Program-made: the position numbers and the translations under genes
The notes under the pieces: model-generated
Databases searched by the model: none
Told to the model about the DNA's origin: nothing
What the model saw: only the letters and a program-made list of their open reading frames with translations
DNA from: Bdellovibrionales bacterium
Lineage (GTDB): Bacteria > Bdellovibrionota > Bdellovibrionia > Bdellovibrionales > UBA840
DNA: 31,617 bases
Reading direction: 5' to 3'
Assembly: GCA_037969075.1 (NCBI GenBank)
Contig: JBBKWS010000110.1
Location: 1 to 31,617, forward strand
In this document: one piece after another, positions 15,381-25,463 of the stretch
How the letters are laid out: every line of letters starts with the position of its first letter
How positions within the stretch are numbered: the stretch's first letter is position 1

Positions 15381-18086
15381 ATGAATTTGACACGTAGACT
15401 TTGTGCTGTAACCGCACTTGTTTTACTGCCTTTGCAATTTGCACAAGCTCTTTCGGCACAACTAAAGTCTAGCGCAGATGGTTCACAGATTGAATTTCAA
15501 GGTCGAGCCTTATGGGAATACTACTTAGATAGAAAAGAAAAGCGACTGGACCTACGTATTGACGATATCACGCCTGAGGTAACTAGTAATATTCTTACCT
15601 GGAAAGACGACTACATTGAAAAAGTTGAAGTTAAACAAAAGACCGATCAATATGTTGAATTTACAGTTTTCTTAAAAGACGACAGTATTCAAGCTTTTGA
15701 TTATCAAATGGAAGCCCCTAGCCGGTTACTTATTGATTTATATAAAGACACAAAAGAAGAAAAAGTGGCGGCAGAGCTACCTAAGAAAAAAGCACCAGTG
15801 GTGGCAAAAACTAAGAAGGGTAAAAAAGACCTTAGAAAGCCAGCGTCTGAAATACCAATAGTCATTGATGCGCCAGTAATACCGTCTGAAGAAACAGTAT
15901 TTAAGGGGTTAAAAGATGGAGCAGATCCAAATTACAATAGATTTGCGATTTTAAGTTTTGAAATATCAAAGCGAGCTCAAATTGCTGCACAAAAAAATGT
16001 GTTTATACCTTTTCCGTATTTAATTACTGAGACATCATTTATTAAAGAAATTGAAGAGACGGCACCAGTATATGAAATTAAAGAGCACGAGGGACCAGAG
16101 GCCGAGCGAGTGCGCCTTCTGCAGACGGTTTTTAGAAATAAAAGGTATGCATTGTTTCTGACGGGTCTCGAGGCATTTAGAAAAGAGTTGCCGGATACAA
16201 AGTACCAGCATTTATTGCGATTTATGGAAGCGGATGCTCATTATAATTTATGGAAAGAAAGTGGAGAGAACGGTAGTTATATTAAAGCTATCACTTTGTA
16301 TAAAAAACTACTCGAAGAATATCCAAAGTCCCCATTGTATGAAAGAACACGTTTATTGATCGCCTATGCTACTCTTGCTAAAAAGAATTATGTGGCGGCA
16401 CTGCAAGAGTTCTTAAGTATTCAAACGGATATACCAAACAATAAATTTAAAGAAGAAATTATAGTTAGCATAGGGGATTGTTTGCTTGGATTAAATAAGT
16501 TTGAAGATGCAATCACAAGTTATGCCAAGGTAACAGAGGGTGAAGGGGCGCTGCAGACAAAATATAAAGCAGCTCTTAAGATCGGGGATGTTTTAGCTAA
16601 ACAAAAGAAATATGAAGAAACTGTAGATACTTATAAAAAAATGTTAGATCGCTTTCCAGCCTCTATAAATGACGCGCCAAATGCTCATTATAATATTGCG
16701 GAATCTTTATTTAGAGAAGGAAAATTCCTTGAAGCACATCCGTATTTTATTGAGTTTTTGAAGAGGTACCCACTACATCCGCATGGTGGTTATGCCTTAA
16801 ACCGAGTTGGTGAAGTCCTAGAAATCATGACTGAGAATGTAACAAAAATTAAAGGTGCGTATCTAGAGAATACGTTTAGGTTCAACAATACTGACGGAGC
16901 TTTTGTATCAAAACTTAGGCTTGATAGTAAAAATATTCCTGAAATGAAAGCCTCAGAAATTGCCGACCTTAGATCTCGCGTTAATACTTTTAATGCTAAG
17001 CAATCTTCTACAGATTTCCAGCATCTAACTACGGCATTGACAGAAGAGGGGTTGTTTAAACGAGGAGATTTAAAAGACTCTCTTCAGATGTTACAATCTT
17101 TTTATAAAGACAATACGACATCACCTTATTTACCATTTTATAGAAATAAAATTGCAAGAAATCTTACAGAACAAATTCATCAGGATCTGAATAATAAAAA
17201 ATATTTAGAAGCTCTCAGAGTATATGGATCAAATAAGGCTGTTTGGCTTAAAGATGCTGATAGATTAGATCTATCTCTTTATGTAGCAGAGACATTCGAA
17301 AAAACTACTGCCCTAGAGCATGCGGCAAAATCATACCGCGATCTTGTTGGTCGCTTGCAGGCTATTCGCGGAACTGAAGAGGAGCAACGCAGAGAGGTCC
17401 TGGAGAAGCTACCAAAACTAGAAGTTGTAAATCTGAGGTTGGGCAGTACGTACTATGAGTTAAAAGAATATGAAAAAGCTCTTCAACATTTGAATATGAT
17501 CGAAAACTTTGATGCGGTTAATGAAGATGAGAATATGGAACGTATCGGTCTTTTAGCAAATGTGGCAATTCAAAAAGATGAATACCAAATCGCTGAAGGA
17601 TACTTAAATCAAATCATAAAAACTAATAAAGCACTGCCTGAAATAGTGACGAAACCTTACTTTACATTAGCAAAAATATACAGAGAACAAAAATTAAATG
17701 ATGATGCAATTCGTATTTTAGAAAAAATATCGTATTTTTACGAAGACAGTAAATCAATTTCTGATGAACAATATATTTCTGCTATGTCGCAAAAGGCAGA
17801 AATTTTATTAGGACAAGGTAAAAAAGAGGCTGCTTCAAAGTATTATCAGGACTTAGTAAGTAATTTTGAAACTAGATCTGAGATCACTTCAGCAAGATAT
17901 ACGCTAGGTACTCTCTTTTTTGAAAAAGGTGATATTGCAAAGGCTGAAGAGATTTGGACACCTTTGCAGACAGCTGACAATGGCGAAATTTGGTACAAAT
18001 TAGCTAAAGAAAAATTAGATGAAGCAAGATGGACAGACTCTTATAAAAAATATTTAGAGAGAATGCCCGCTAGTAGGAGCCAGTAA
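15381..18086 (+). CDS. Large exported TPR protein with an N-terminal AMIN-like domain; first gene of the flagellar operon
   Basis: Signal peptide ending AQA; AFDYQMEAPSRLLIDLY (AMIN-like); many TPR-like units such as AHYNIAESLF...F...YP. Start uncertain (15330, 15360 or 15381). Confidence 0.8.
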   Translation: MNLTRRLCAVTALVLLPLQFAQALSAQLKSSADGSQIEFQGRALWEYYLDRKEKRLDLRIDDITPEVTSNILTWKDDYIEKVEVKQKTDQYVEFTVFLKDDSIQAFDYQMEAPSRLLIDLYKDTKEEKVAAELPKKKAPVVAKTKKGKKDLRKPASEIPIVIDAPVIPSEETVFKGLKDGADPNYNRFAILSFEISKRAQIAAQKNVFIPFPYLITETSFIKEIEETAPVYEIKEHEGPEAERVRLLQTVFRNKRYALFLTGLEAFRKELPDTKYQHLLRFMEADAHYNLWKESGENGSYIKAITLYKKLLEEYPKSPLYERTRLLIAYATLAKKNYVAALQEFLSIQTDIPNNKFKEEIIVSIGDCLLGLNKFEDAITSYAKVTEGEGALQTKYKAALKIGDVLAKQKKYEETVDTYKKMLDRFPASINDAPNAHYNIAESLFREGKFLEAHPYFIEFLKRYPLHPHGGYALNRVGEVLEIMTENVTKIKGAYLENTFRFNNTDGAFVSKLRLDSKNIPEMKASEIADLRSRVNTFNAKQSSTDFQHLTTALTEEGLFKRGDLKDSLQMLQSFYKDNTTSPYLPFYRNKIARNLTEQIHQDLNNKKYLEALRVYGSNKAVWLKDADRLDLSLYVAETFEKTTALEHAAKSYRDLVGRLQAIRGTEEEQRREVLEKLPKLEVVNLRLGSTYYELKEYEKALQHLNMIENFDAVNEDENMERIGLLANVAIQKDEYQIAEGYLNQIIKTNKALPEIVTKPYFTLAKIYREQKLNDDAIRILEKISYFYEDSKSISDEQYISAMSQKAEILLGQGKKEAASKYYQDLVSNFETRSEITSARYTLGTLFFEKGDIAKAEEIWTPLQTADNGEIWYKLAKEKLDEARWTDSYKKYLERMPASRSQ

Positions 18087-19018
18087 TGATATTAACTCAA
18101 GACCCAAAGATGAAGCATATTATTGAAATCGCTGAAAGCATTGCAACGAGCAGAGCTGCAGTGATGATTCAAGGTGAAAGCGGTACGGGTAAAGAGCTTC
18201 TTGCTAAGCTAATTCATGCTAAAAGTCAGAGAGCATCACAAAGAATGGTAACTATTAACTGCGCGGCTATTCCAGATGGTTTATTAGAGAGCGAGTTGTT
18301 TGGCTATGTAAGGGGCGCTTTTACTGGTGCAAATCAGGATAAACCAGGAAAATTTGAACTAGCCAATAATAGTACACTATTATTAGATGAATTGGGTGAT
18401 CTACCACTAGCATTGCAGGCAAAACTATTACGAGTGCTACAGGAAGGTGAAGTAGAAAGGCTTGGAGCTAGGCAGCCAGTAAAAATAAATGTTCGTATTA
18501 TTTCTACAACAAATAAAAATTTAGAGCGTTTAGTAAAAGAGGGTAAGTTTAGAGAAGACCTTTACTATAGATTAAATGTGATTCCCATGCAGATACCATC
18601 TTTAAAACAACGTCCTAAAGACATTGTACTTTTAGCACAACATTTTGTTGAGGTATCAAGTCTATTAAATAAAAAAGAAAGAATGCAAATTTCAAAAGAG
18701 GCGATGGAAAAATTGCAGTCGTGGATCTGGCCTGGAAATATTAGAGAGCTAGAAAATGTTATTGAAAGAGCTGTGCTTTTAAGCAACGGGCGCACATTAC
18801 TTCCAGAATTTGTTGAGCTACCTGAATTGGGTGGTGAAGCTGAACCTCAATTTATAGAGGCAGGCATGACAGTCATGGAAGCAGAAAAGAAGTTAATCTT
18901 AAAAACTCTAGATTTTACAAATCAAAATAGAACTAAGGCAGCATTACTATTAGGCATAAGTATACGAACGCTTAGAAATAAGATTCACGAATATAAAGGA
19001 GACATGCTGAATGAGTAA
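18086..19018 (+). CDS. Sigma54 enhancer-binding protein (bEBP) lacking an N-terminal sensory domain, FlbD/FleR/FlgR-like
   Basis: Begins directly at the AAA+ domain: [50 protein letters not shown] overlap with the TPR gene. Confidence 0.9.
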   Translation: MILTQDPKMKHIIEIAESIATSRAAVMIQGESGTGKELLAKLIHAKSQRASQRMVTINCAAIPDGLLESELFGYVRGAFTGANQDKPGKFELANNSTLLLDELGDLPLALQAKLLRVLQEGEVERLGARQPVKINVRIISTTNKNLERLVKEGKFREDLYYRLNVIPMQIPSLKQRPKDIVLLAQHFVEVSSLLNKKERMQISKEAMEKLQSWIWPGNIRELENVIERAVLLSNGRTLLPEFVELPELGGEAEPQFIEAGMTVMEAEKKLILKTLDFTNQNRTKAALLLGISIRTLRNKIHEYKGDMLNE

Positions 19019-19421
19019 CCTATTTGATACCACGACGACAGCATTAGAAAAATCCTTAGATTATATGATGGAGAGAAATACTGTTACGTCTGCGAACATC
19101 GCTAATGCTGAAACGCCAAATTACAAAGCCAAGAAAATTGATTTTGAAGATCAATTAGCATCAGCCTTACAGCGCGGTGGTTCACAAGATATGTCTGCCA
19201 CTAACTCTCTACATTTTCCGTTGGCGCGTCCTGCTTTGGATAGCTTGCAGGCAGATGTGTATGATAACCCAGATGTCCCAGTTAGTAATGATATGAATAC
19301 AGTTGATGTAGAAAAAGAAATGGCAGTATTAAATGAAAACTCAATTCGTTATAAGGCTGCGACCCAGTTGATAAATAAAAAAATGGGCGCCATGAAATAT
19401 GTTATTAGTGGGGGTAGATAA
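19011..19421 (+). CDS. flgB: Flagellar basal-body rod protein FlgB
   Basis: ANIANAETPNYKAK, NTVDVEKEM; precedes flgC. Confidence 0.95.
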   Translation: MSNLFDTTTTALEKSLDYMMERNTVTSANIANAETPNYKAKKIDFEDQLASALQRGGSQDMSATNSLHFPLARPALDSLQADVYDNPDVPVSNDMNTVDVEKEMAVLNENSIRYKAATQLINKKMGAMKYVISGGR

Positions 19422-19855
19422 TGGATTTACTAACTTCTATGCGCGTAAATAGTTCTGGCATGACGGCGAACCGCATGCGCATGAATACTATTTCTAGTAA
19501 TATTGCTAATATCAATACAACTAGAACGCCTGAGGGTGGACCGTACCGCCGTAAAGATGTAATTTTTGAAGCTATCCCAGAAGCCAAATCATTTGGTGAA
19601 ATTTTAAACGCAGCTGACAATAAAGTTAATCGCGTGCAAGTTACTGATATACATGTGGATCGCAGAGCGCCGCAGTTAAAGTACGAACCAGATCATCCTG
19701 ATGCAAGACCCGATGGTTACGTCGCTTATCCAAATATTAATTTAATGGAAGAAATGGCAAATATGATTCAGGCAACCCGATCTTACGAGGCCAATGCATC
19801 TGCATTTAAGGCAACAAAAGGTATGGCGATGACTGCACTTGAGATAGGTAGATAA
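19421..19855 (+). CDS. flgC: Flagellar basal-body rod protein FlgC
   Basis: NIANINTT...GPYRRK, YEPDHPDA..DGYV.YPNIN, RSYEAN. Confidence 0.97.
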   Translation: MDLLTSMRVNSSGMTANRMRMNTISSNIANINTTRTPEGGPYRRKDVIFEAIPEAKSFGEILNAADNKVNRVQVTDIHVDRRAPQLKYEPDHPDARPDGYVAYPNINLMEEMANMIQATRSYEANASAFKATKGMAMTALEIGR

Positions 19856-19866
19856 GGAGTTAAGAA

Positions 19867-20205
19867 ATGGCAATAGATGGGATAAGCAGTAGTTCATCTA
19901 ATATACTAGGAAAAGAATTTAAGATCGAGATAGATCAAGATTCTCAAATCAGTAAACCGGGTCTTACTTCTACGAGTAAGGATGAATTATCGTTTGCAGA
20001 CAGTTTGAAAACAGCGATTAATAAAGTCGATCAATTGCAGAAAAGTGCAGATGTGAAGACGCAAGATTTACTGACCGGTAAATCTACGAACATTCACGAA
20101 ACATTAATTACAGTTGAGAAGGCAGAAATAGCTTTGAAGTTAATGACGTCAGTAAGAAACAAGATCATTGATGCATATCAAGAGATTATGAAGATGCAGG
20201 TATGA
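19867..20205 (+). CDS. fliE: Hook-basal body protein FliE
   Basis: SFADSL, VRNKIIDAYQEIMKMQV; SD AAGGAG. Confidence 0.96.
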   Translation: MAIDGISSSSSNILGKEFKIEIDQDSQISKPGLTSTSKDELSFADSLKTAINKVDQLQKSADVKTQDLLTGKSTNIHETLITVEKAEIALKLMTSVRNKIIDAYQEIMKMQV

Positions 20206-20215
20206 GGGGGATAGC

Positions 20216-21868
20216 TTGATTAAGTATTTTAATTTATGGGTTTCACAATTTAGCGGGTTTATGAAGAGCTTATCGCCCGTAAAGCGATTCTCGGCCATTG
20301 CATCTGCAGTAGTATTTGTAGTAACACTGTTTGTTCTTGGGCTAATGCTGAGTGGTAAAACCTATGTTCCGCTTTTTACAAAAGTAACAGCAGATCATTT
20401 ACCGGTTATTGTAGATAAGCTAAAGCAAATGAGCGTTCCATTTAAAATAGAAGACGGTGGAGCTGTAGTAACTGTACCCCCTGAGTTATTGCATTCTACG
20501 CAAATGGCAATCATGACTGAGCACTCTGATACAAAGCTTGGGTCAATTGGTTTAGAGCTTTTTGAAAATGTAGATTTAGGCACTACTTCTTATGCTCAAA
20601 GAGTAAATTATCAAAGAGCCCTGCAAGGCGAATTGATGCGCGCTATAAATAGTTTAGAAGTTGTAAGAAAAAGTAAAGTTATTCTAGCTCTACCTCCGAA
20701 AAAAACTTTTTTAGAAGATGCTGGGGAAACCAAGGCATCTGTAATTGTGGATTTATTTCCGGGTACAACTTTATCTAAGGCGCAGGTGAAAGGTATTATC
20801 AATCTTGTGGCAAGTGCTGTTGAGAACATGCATGCAAATAATGTAAGTGTTATTGATAGCTACGGGCGAGAGCTAAGTAAATCCAATACATCAGAAACTT
20901 CAGCGTTTTCTGGTGAATTAGCTGAATTAAAAGTTGGTAAAGAAAAAGAACTTGAAGAAAGAATTGAAGGCATACTAAGTCGTGTAGTTGGAAGTGGTAA
21001 AGTAATTGCTAAAGTCGAAGCCACACTTAATATGAGCGACACAAGTTCAATAGAAGAAACTTATGATGCTGAAAAAACGGCCGTTAGATCCATTCAGAAG
21101 CAAGAAGATAAAATGAATGGCAGTCGAAACAACCCTACTGGTATTCCAGGGGCTAGAGCTAATCTTCCTGGTGCGGAAGAAAATGGTACTGTTGGTTTCA
21201 ATCAAGAAACAAATAAGGATTTTTCAGTAACAAATTACGAGGTCCCAAAAACAGTGACAAAATCAAGACAAGCTCCTGGCTCTATTGATAGATTAAGTGT
21301 AGCTGTTCTGGTTGACGGCATTAGTAAGACAGAAAAAGCTGAGGATGGTACGACGACGACTACTTGGGCCCCAAGATCAGAAGAAGAACTTAGAAAATAT
21401 GAAGTTCTTGTTAAATCAGCAATTGGCTTTAATGACAAGCGCGGGGACTCGGTTAAAATTGAAAACATTGAATTTCAATTTGAATCATTTAGTGATGCAG
21501 ATGACATTCTACAAAGTATCGAAACTAGAAAATTACTTTCCTATGTGATTCGCTGGTCAGTGATTGCACTGAGTTTAAGCTTGTTTTTCTTACTAGTGGT
21601 TAGACCTTTTATTACTTGGATCACCGAGAGTTTCAGGGAGTCTGTGGATGATATGCTTCCTCGAACGATTGAAGAGTTAGAAGAGCTACAAAGCGTAGAT
21701 TCAACTCTGCCTGGTATGAGTTCAACACTGCCGGTCTTAGAGGAAAGCCTAGATCCTGATAAAGCAGAAAGTGAATTATTGAAAGAGAGAATTATGGGTA
21801 TTATTGAGAAGGACGAAGATAAGTCAGCGAATGCCTTGAAATTATGGTTAGTTAGGAGGGAAATGTAA
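20216..21868 (+). CDS. fliF: MS-ring protein FliF
   Basis: Two TM helices, GLELF, YQRALQGELMRAI, ASV, RLSVAVLVDG, RGDSV; TTG start with a G-rich SD. Confidence 0.96.
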   Translation: MIKYFNLWVSQFSGFMKSLSPVKRFSAIASAVVFVVTLFVLGLMLSGKTYVPLFTKVTADHLPVIVDKLKQMSVPFKIEDGGAVVTVPPELLHSTQMAIMTEHSDTKLGSIGLELFENVDLGTTSYAQRVNYQRALQGELMRAINSLEVVRKSKVILALPPKKTFLEDAGETKASVIVDLFPGTTLSKAQVKGIINLVASAVENMHANNVSVIDSYGRELSKSNTSETSAFSGELAELKVGKEKELEERIEGILSRVVGSGKVIAKVEATLNMSDTSSIEETYDAEKTAVRSIQKQEDKMNGSRNNPTGIPGARANLPGAEENGTVGFNQETNKDFSVTNYEVPKTVTKSRQAPGSIDRLSVAVLVDGISKTEKAEDGTTTTTWAPRSEEELRKYEVLVKSAIGFNDKRGDSVKIENIEFQFESFSDADDILQSIETRKLLSYVIRWSVIALSLSLFFLLVVRPFITWITESFRESVDDMLPRTIEELEELQSVDSTLPGMSSTLPVLEESLDPDKAESELLKERIMGIIEKDEDKSANALKLWLVRREM

Positions 21869-22908
21869 TGCATGCTCCATTAAAACGACTTGATTCTATT
21901 AAGTTTGAAGACCTTAAAGGTTTTGAAAAAGCTGCTATCCTAATAAACTATTTAGGGACAGACGCTGCTAAAAAAATGTTTCGTCACTTAGATGATACAG
22001 ATATTCGTAAATTGATTGGATTGATGGCTAAATTTAGAATCATTCCAGTTATAATTACTAAACGTGTTCTTGAAGAATATTATGAGATGATTAGTGAGTC
22101 GGATGATTACATATTCTCCGATGCAACTACTAATAAAGACGTGATTATTGGCGCGGTAGGTGAAGATAGAGCTCGGGTTATTTTAGGTCACTTAAATATT
22201 GCTGGCGGGCTATCAAATAAATTAGAAAGTTTAGAGCTAGTTGATGCTAAGTCATTAGCGAATTTTTTAATATCAGAGCATCCTCAAACTATTTCGGTAA
22301 TTATGGCGCATTTAGAGCCAGAAAAGAAATCTGAAGTTCTAAAAAGACTGCCAGAGAGTTTACAGGCCGAGGTAGTTTTGCGTTTAGCAAACCTTGAGTA
22401 CATTGATCCTCAGCTATTAACTGATGTTGATAATGTATTAAAAAATGAATTGCAAACTCTTGGAAGTGTTGAGCAATCTGCCCTTGGTGGAGTTCAGCCA
22501 GTCGCTGAAATGCTTAACGTTATGGACAAAACCACTGAAACTTCAATTATGTCTAGATTGGAAGAAAAAGATCCAATTCTTGCTGAAGAAATTCGTAAGC
22601 TTATGTTTGTGTTCGAAGATGTTATCAAAATCGACGATCGTGGTATCCAAACGCTTCTTAAAGAAGTGGATAACTCTAAGTTGTTACTTGCTCTTAAGAC
22701 TGCAAACGAAGAAGTTAAAGAGAAAATCTTTAAAAATCTATCTACTCGTGCGGCTACAATGCTTCGAGAGGATTTAGACAATATGGGACCAGCTAAGTTA
22801 TCTGACGTTGAAACTTCGCAGCAAGAAATTGTTAACGTTGCTAGACGACTAGAACAAGAAGGTAAGATCTTAATTGCTAGAGGCGGAGCTGAAGATGCCC
22901 TTGTCTAA
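21868..22908 (+). CDS. fliG: Flagellar motor switch protein FliG
   Basis: KAAIL, EHPQTI, GG..VAEMLN, MFVFED, NLSTRAA. Confidence 0.97.
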   Translation: MHAPLKRLDSIKFEDLKGFEKAAILINYLGTDAAKKMFRHLDDTDIRKLIGLMAKFRIIPVIITKRVLEEYYEMISESDDYIFSDATTNKDVIIGAVGEDRARVILGHLNIAGGLSNKLESLELVDAKSLANFLISEHPQTISVIMAHLEPEKKSEVLKRLPESLQAEVVLRLANLEYIDPQLLTDVDNVLKNELQTLGSVEQSALGGVQPVAEMLNVMDKTTETSIMSRLEEKDPILAEEIRKLMFVFEDVIKIDDRGIQTLLKEVDNSKLLLALKTANEEVKEKIFKNLSTRAATMLREDLDNMGPAKLSDVETSQQEIVNVARRLEQEGKILIARGGAEDALV

Positions 22909-23671
22909 AGAGAAGGTAATTAAAAAAGATCACACAGAAGCATCTGTCACTGACTACAAAGTCAGAGAGATTCGTAGTGCAGTTTCTGTTTCAGCTAAAA
23001 AATTTGATGATATGCAGACAAATAGAGGAAAAGTGACATCTTTTAAAATGGATCCACTTTTAGCTTCAATTACAGGTCATGCAAAGATTCAAGATGATAA
23101 GATTAAAACAGAAGTTGAGAAGCTTGCCCTTGAGAAATTAAAAGAGATCGAAGAAAGGGCTTATCGTGAGGCGTATGAGCTAGGTAAGAAAGAGGGGCAT
23201 GATCAAGGTGTAAAAGATGCACAACTCATAGTTGAGAATAAATTAAAAGATTTAGAATCGGCTATTGAGTATTTATCATCATTACGATTGGGCCTATTAG
23301 AAAAGAATGAAGCGAAAATAGTTGAATTAGCTTATGCATTTGCAGAAAAAATTGCTCACAAGTCCATTGAAAAAGATCCCAACTACATTGTGGGCTTAAT
23401 TAAAAAATTAGCCGCAGGTATTCAAGAGCAATTAGACACGACTGTGAAAATTTCAAAAGAAGATTTTGAGTTTATTGAATCGATGAACGCCACATTTAAA
23501 AGAGATATTAAATTAGGAAAGAATGCCAAACTTGAAATCGATGACTCGCTAAAGCATGGTGATTGTGTCATAGAAACTAACTACGGGGTTGTAGACGCAT
23601 CACTGGATGCAAGGATTCAGCAATTGTGGGAAGCGGTTGAAGATCACTTGCCAAAAGCTGAAGGTGCTTAA
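22895..23671 (+). CDS. fliH: Flagellar assembly protein FliH
   Basis: AYREAYELGKKEGHDQG (AxxxG repeats), GDCVIETNYGVVDAS; lies between fliG and fliI. Start 22895 chosen (ORF track 22874). Confidence 0.9.
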   Translation: MPLSKEKVIKKDHTEASVTDYKVREIRSAVSVSAKKFDDMQTNRGKVTSFKMDPLLASITGHAKIQDDKIKTEVEKLALEKLKEIEERAYREAYELGKKEGHDQGVKDAQLIVENKLKDLESAIEYLSSLRLGLLEKNEAKIVELAYAFAEKIAHKSIEKDPNYIVGLIKKLAAGIQEQLDTTVKISKEDFEFIESMNATFKRDIKLGKNAKLEIDDSLKHGDCVIETNYGVVDASLDARIQQLWEAVEDHLPKAEGA

Positions 23672-25005
23672 TGGATAAATCCTTAGACCTGGATTTCACA
23701 AAATATTCAAAGCTTCTTGAAACCTCTCCTGTAAATAGAGAAGTAGGGAAGGTTACCAAAGTCTTAGGAAACAGGATCGAAGGCTATTTACCAGGGGCTT
23801 GTTTAGGCAGTACATGTTCAGTTACTGTTGGTTATGAAAAATATATTTTAGTAGAGGTTGTTGGGTTACATGATCAGCGCGTTGTCATGATGCCCTATGG
23901 GAATATGATGGGTGTAAAGTTAGGGTCAGCCATTAAGTTAATTAGATCTTCAGCGACAGTAAAGGTTGGTAAAAATCTATTGGGAAGAGTTATAGATGCA
24001 GTGGGTAACCCGTTAGATAGTAAAGGCCCATTGGTGCTAGTAGATGAATTACCTCTTTACAGTGCCTCTATGAATCCATTAGATCGCGAACCAATTCGTA
24101 CTCCTATTGATTTGGGTGTTAAAGCCATCAACACATTTATCTCTGTGGGCCGTGGGCAGCGAATGGGGATCTTGGCAGGGTCTGGTGTAGGAAAATCTGT
24201 TTTATTAGGTATGATGGCCAGAAATACCAATGCAGATGTGAATGTAATTGCATTAATTGGTGAGCGAGGACGAGAAGTAAAAGATTTTATCGAAGAAATT
24301 CTAGGCCCTGAGGGTTTAAAAAAATCCGTTGTAATTGTTGCGACAGGTGATGAAAATCCGCTCGTTAGAACACGCGGAGCTTTTTTTGCGACGGCAGTGG
24401 CTGAGTACTTTGCCAATCAAGGCTTACAAGTCTTGTTAACAATGGATTCAGTTACCAGGTTTGCTATGGCAATGAGAGAGATAGGTTTATCTTCTGGTGA
24501 GCCGCCAGCATCTAAGGGTTATACTCCTAGTGTCTTCTCTGCTCTTCCTAAGTTACTAGAGCGCGCAGGAAGTTTTACCAATGGTGGAAGTATAACTGGC
24601 TTATATACTGTTCTGGTTGAAGGCGATGATATGGATGAACCAATTGCTGATGCGGTTAGGTCTATCGTAGATGGTCACATAGTATTAAATAGAAAATTGG
24701 CACATAAGGCACACTTTCCAGCGATTGATGTACTTCAGAGTACTAGTCGAGTGATGAAAAATATTGTGCAAAAAGATTTTTATAAAGTATCTCTAGCGGT
24801 AAGAGAACTAATGGCTATCTACCGCGAAGCAGAAGATTTAATTCAGATTGGAGCTTATCAAGAAGGGAATAATCCCAGACTAGACAGAGCTGTTGAGTAC
24901 AATGATCAAATCATGAGGTTTTTAAAGCAGGATGTGGATGATGATGCTACCTTTGATGACTCTGTAGAGTTTTTAAGTAGTATGCAGCAGGCAACCAGTC
25001 CATGA
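23671..25005 (+). CDS. fliI: Flagellar export ATPase FliI
   Basis: GRGQRMGI.AGSGVGKS, IGERGREV, MDSVTRFA, DGHIVL. Confidence 0.97.
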   Translation: MDKSLDLDFTKYSKLLETSPVNREVGKVTKVLGNRIEGYLPGACLGSTCSVTVGYEKYILVEVVGLHDQRVVMMPYGNMMGVKLGSAIKLIRSSATVKVGKNLLGRVIDAVGNPLDSKGPLVLVDELPLYSASMNPLDREPIRTPIDLGVKAINTFISVGRGQRMGILAGSGVGKSVLLGMMARNTNADVNVIALIGERGREVKDFIEEILGPEGLKKSVVIVATGDENPLVRTRGAFFATAVAEYFANQGLQVLLTMDSVTRFAMAMREIGLSSGEPPASKGYTPSVFSALPKLLERAGSFTNGGSITGLYTVLVEGDDMDEPIADAVRSIVDGHIVLNRKLAHKAHFPAIDVLQSTSRVMKNIVQKDFYKVSLAVRELMAIYREAEDLIQIGAYQEGNNPRLDRAVEYNDQIMRFLKQDVDDDATFDDSVEFLSSMQQATSP

Positions 25006-25463
25006 AGAAGTTTCAATTTGCATTCTCAACACTATTAAAACTAAAGTCTGTAGCTGAGGCAGAAGCACAAAGAGAGCATCAAAACATTAAGGCTAAAGTA
25101 CGAAGTGAAGAAGAGATTTTGTACCAAATGTATGAAAGTGTGGAGAATTCTTACCAACTAGGGTTACAATATAAGTTAGAGGGTACAGAGGTATCGCCAA
25201 GATTAGAAGTGGTAGATATTTTTATTAAAGGGCAAAATATTCGAATTGAACATAAGCGAGAAGAAATACGGCGCCTAAAACAAGTAGAAGAAGAAAAGCA
25301 AGCATTATGGCTTGAAAAAAGAAAAGAAAAGAAATCCCTAGAGTTATTGAAAGAGCGAAAAATGGAAGAGTATAAAAAAGAAGTAATGAAAAAGCAGACA
25401 AAAAATCTTGATGATATAATCAGCGCTCGTTTTGGTGTCAGAGTGGGAGAAGATAATGGATAA
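25002..25463 (+). CDS. fliJ: Flagellar export protein FliJ
   Basis: MKKFQF.F..LL N-terminus, coiled coil, K.LE.LKE; ATGA overlap with fliI. Confidence 0.88.
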   Translation: MKKFQFAFSTLLKLKSVAEAEAQREHQNIKAKVRSEEEILYQMYESVENSYQLGLQYKLEGTEVSPRLEVVDIFIKGQNIRIEHKREEIRRLKQVEEEKQALWLEKRKEKKSLELLKERKMEEYKKEVMKKQTKNLDDIISARFGVRVGEDNG

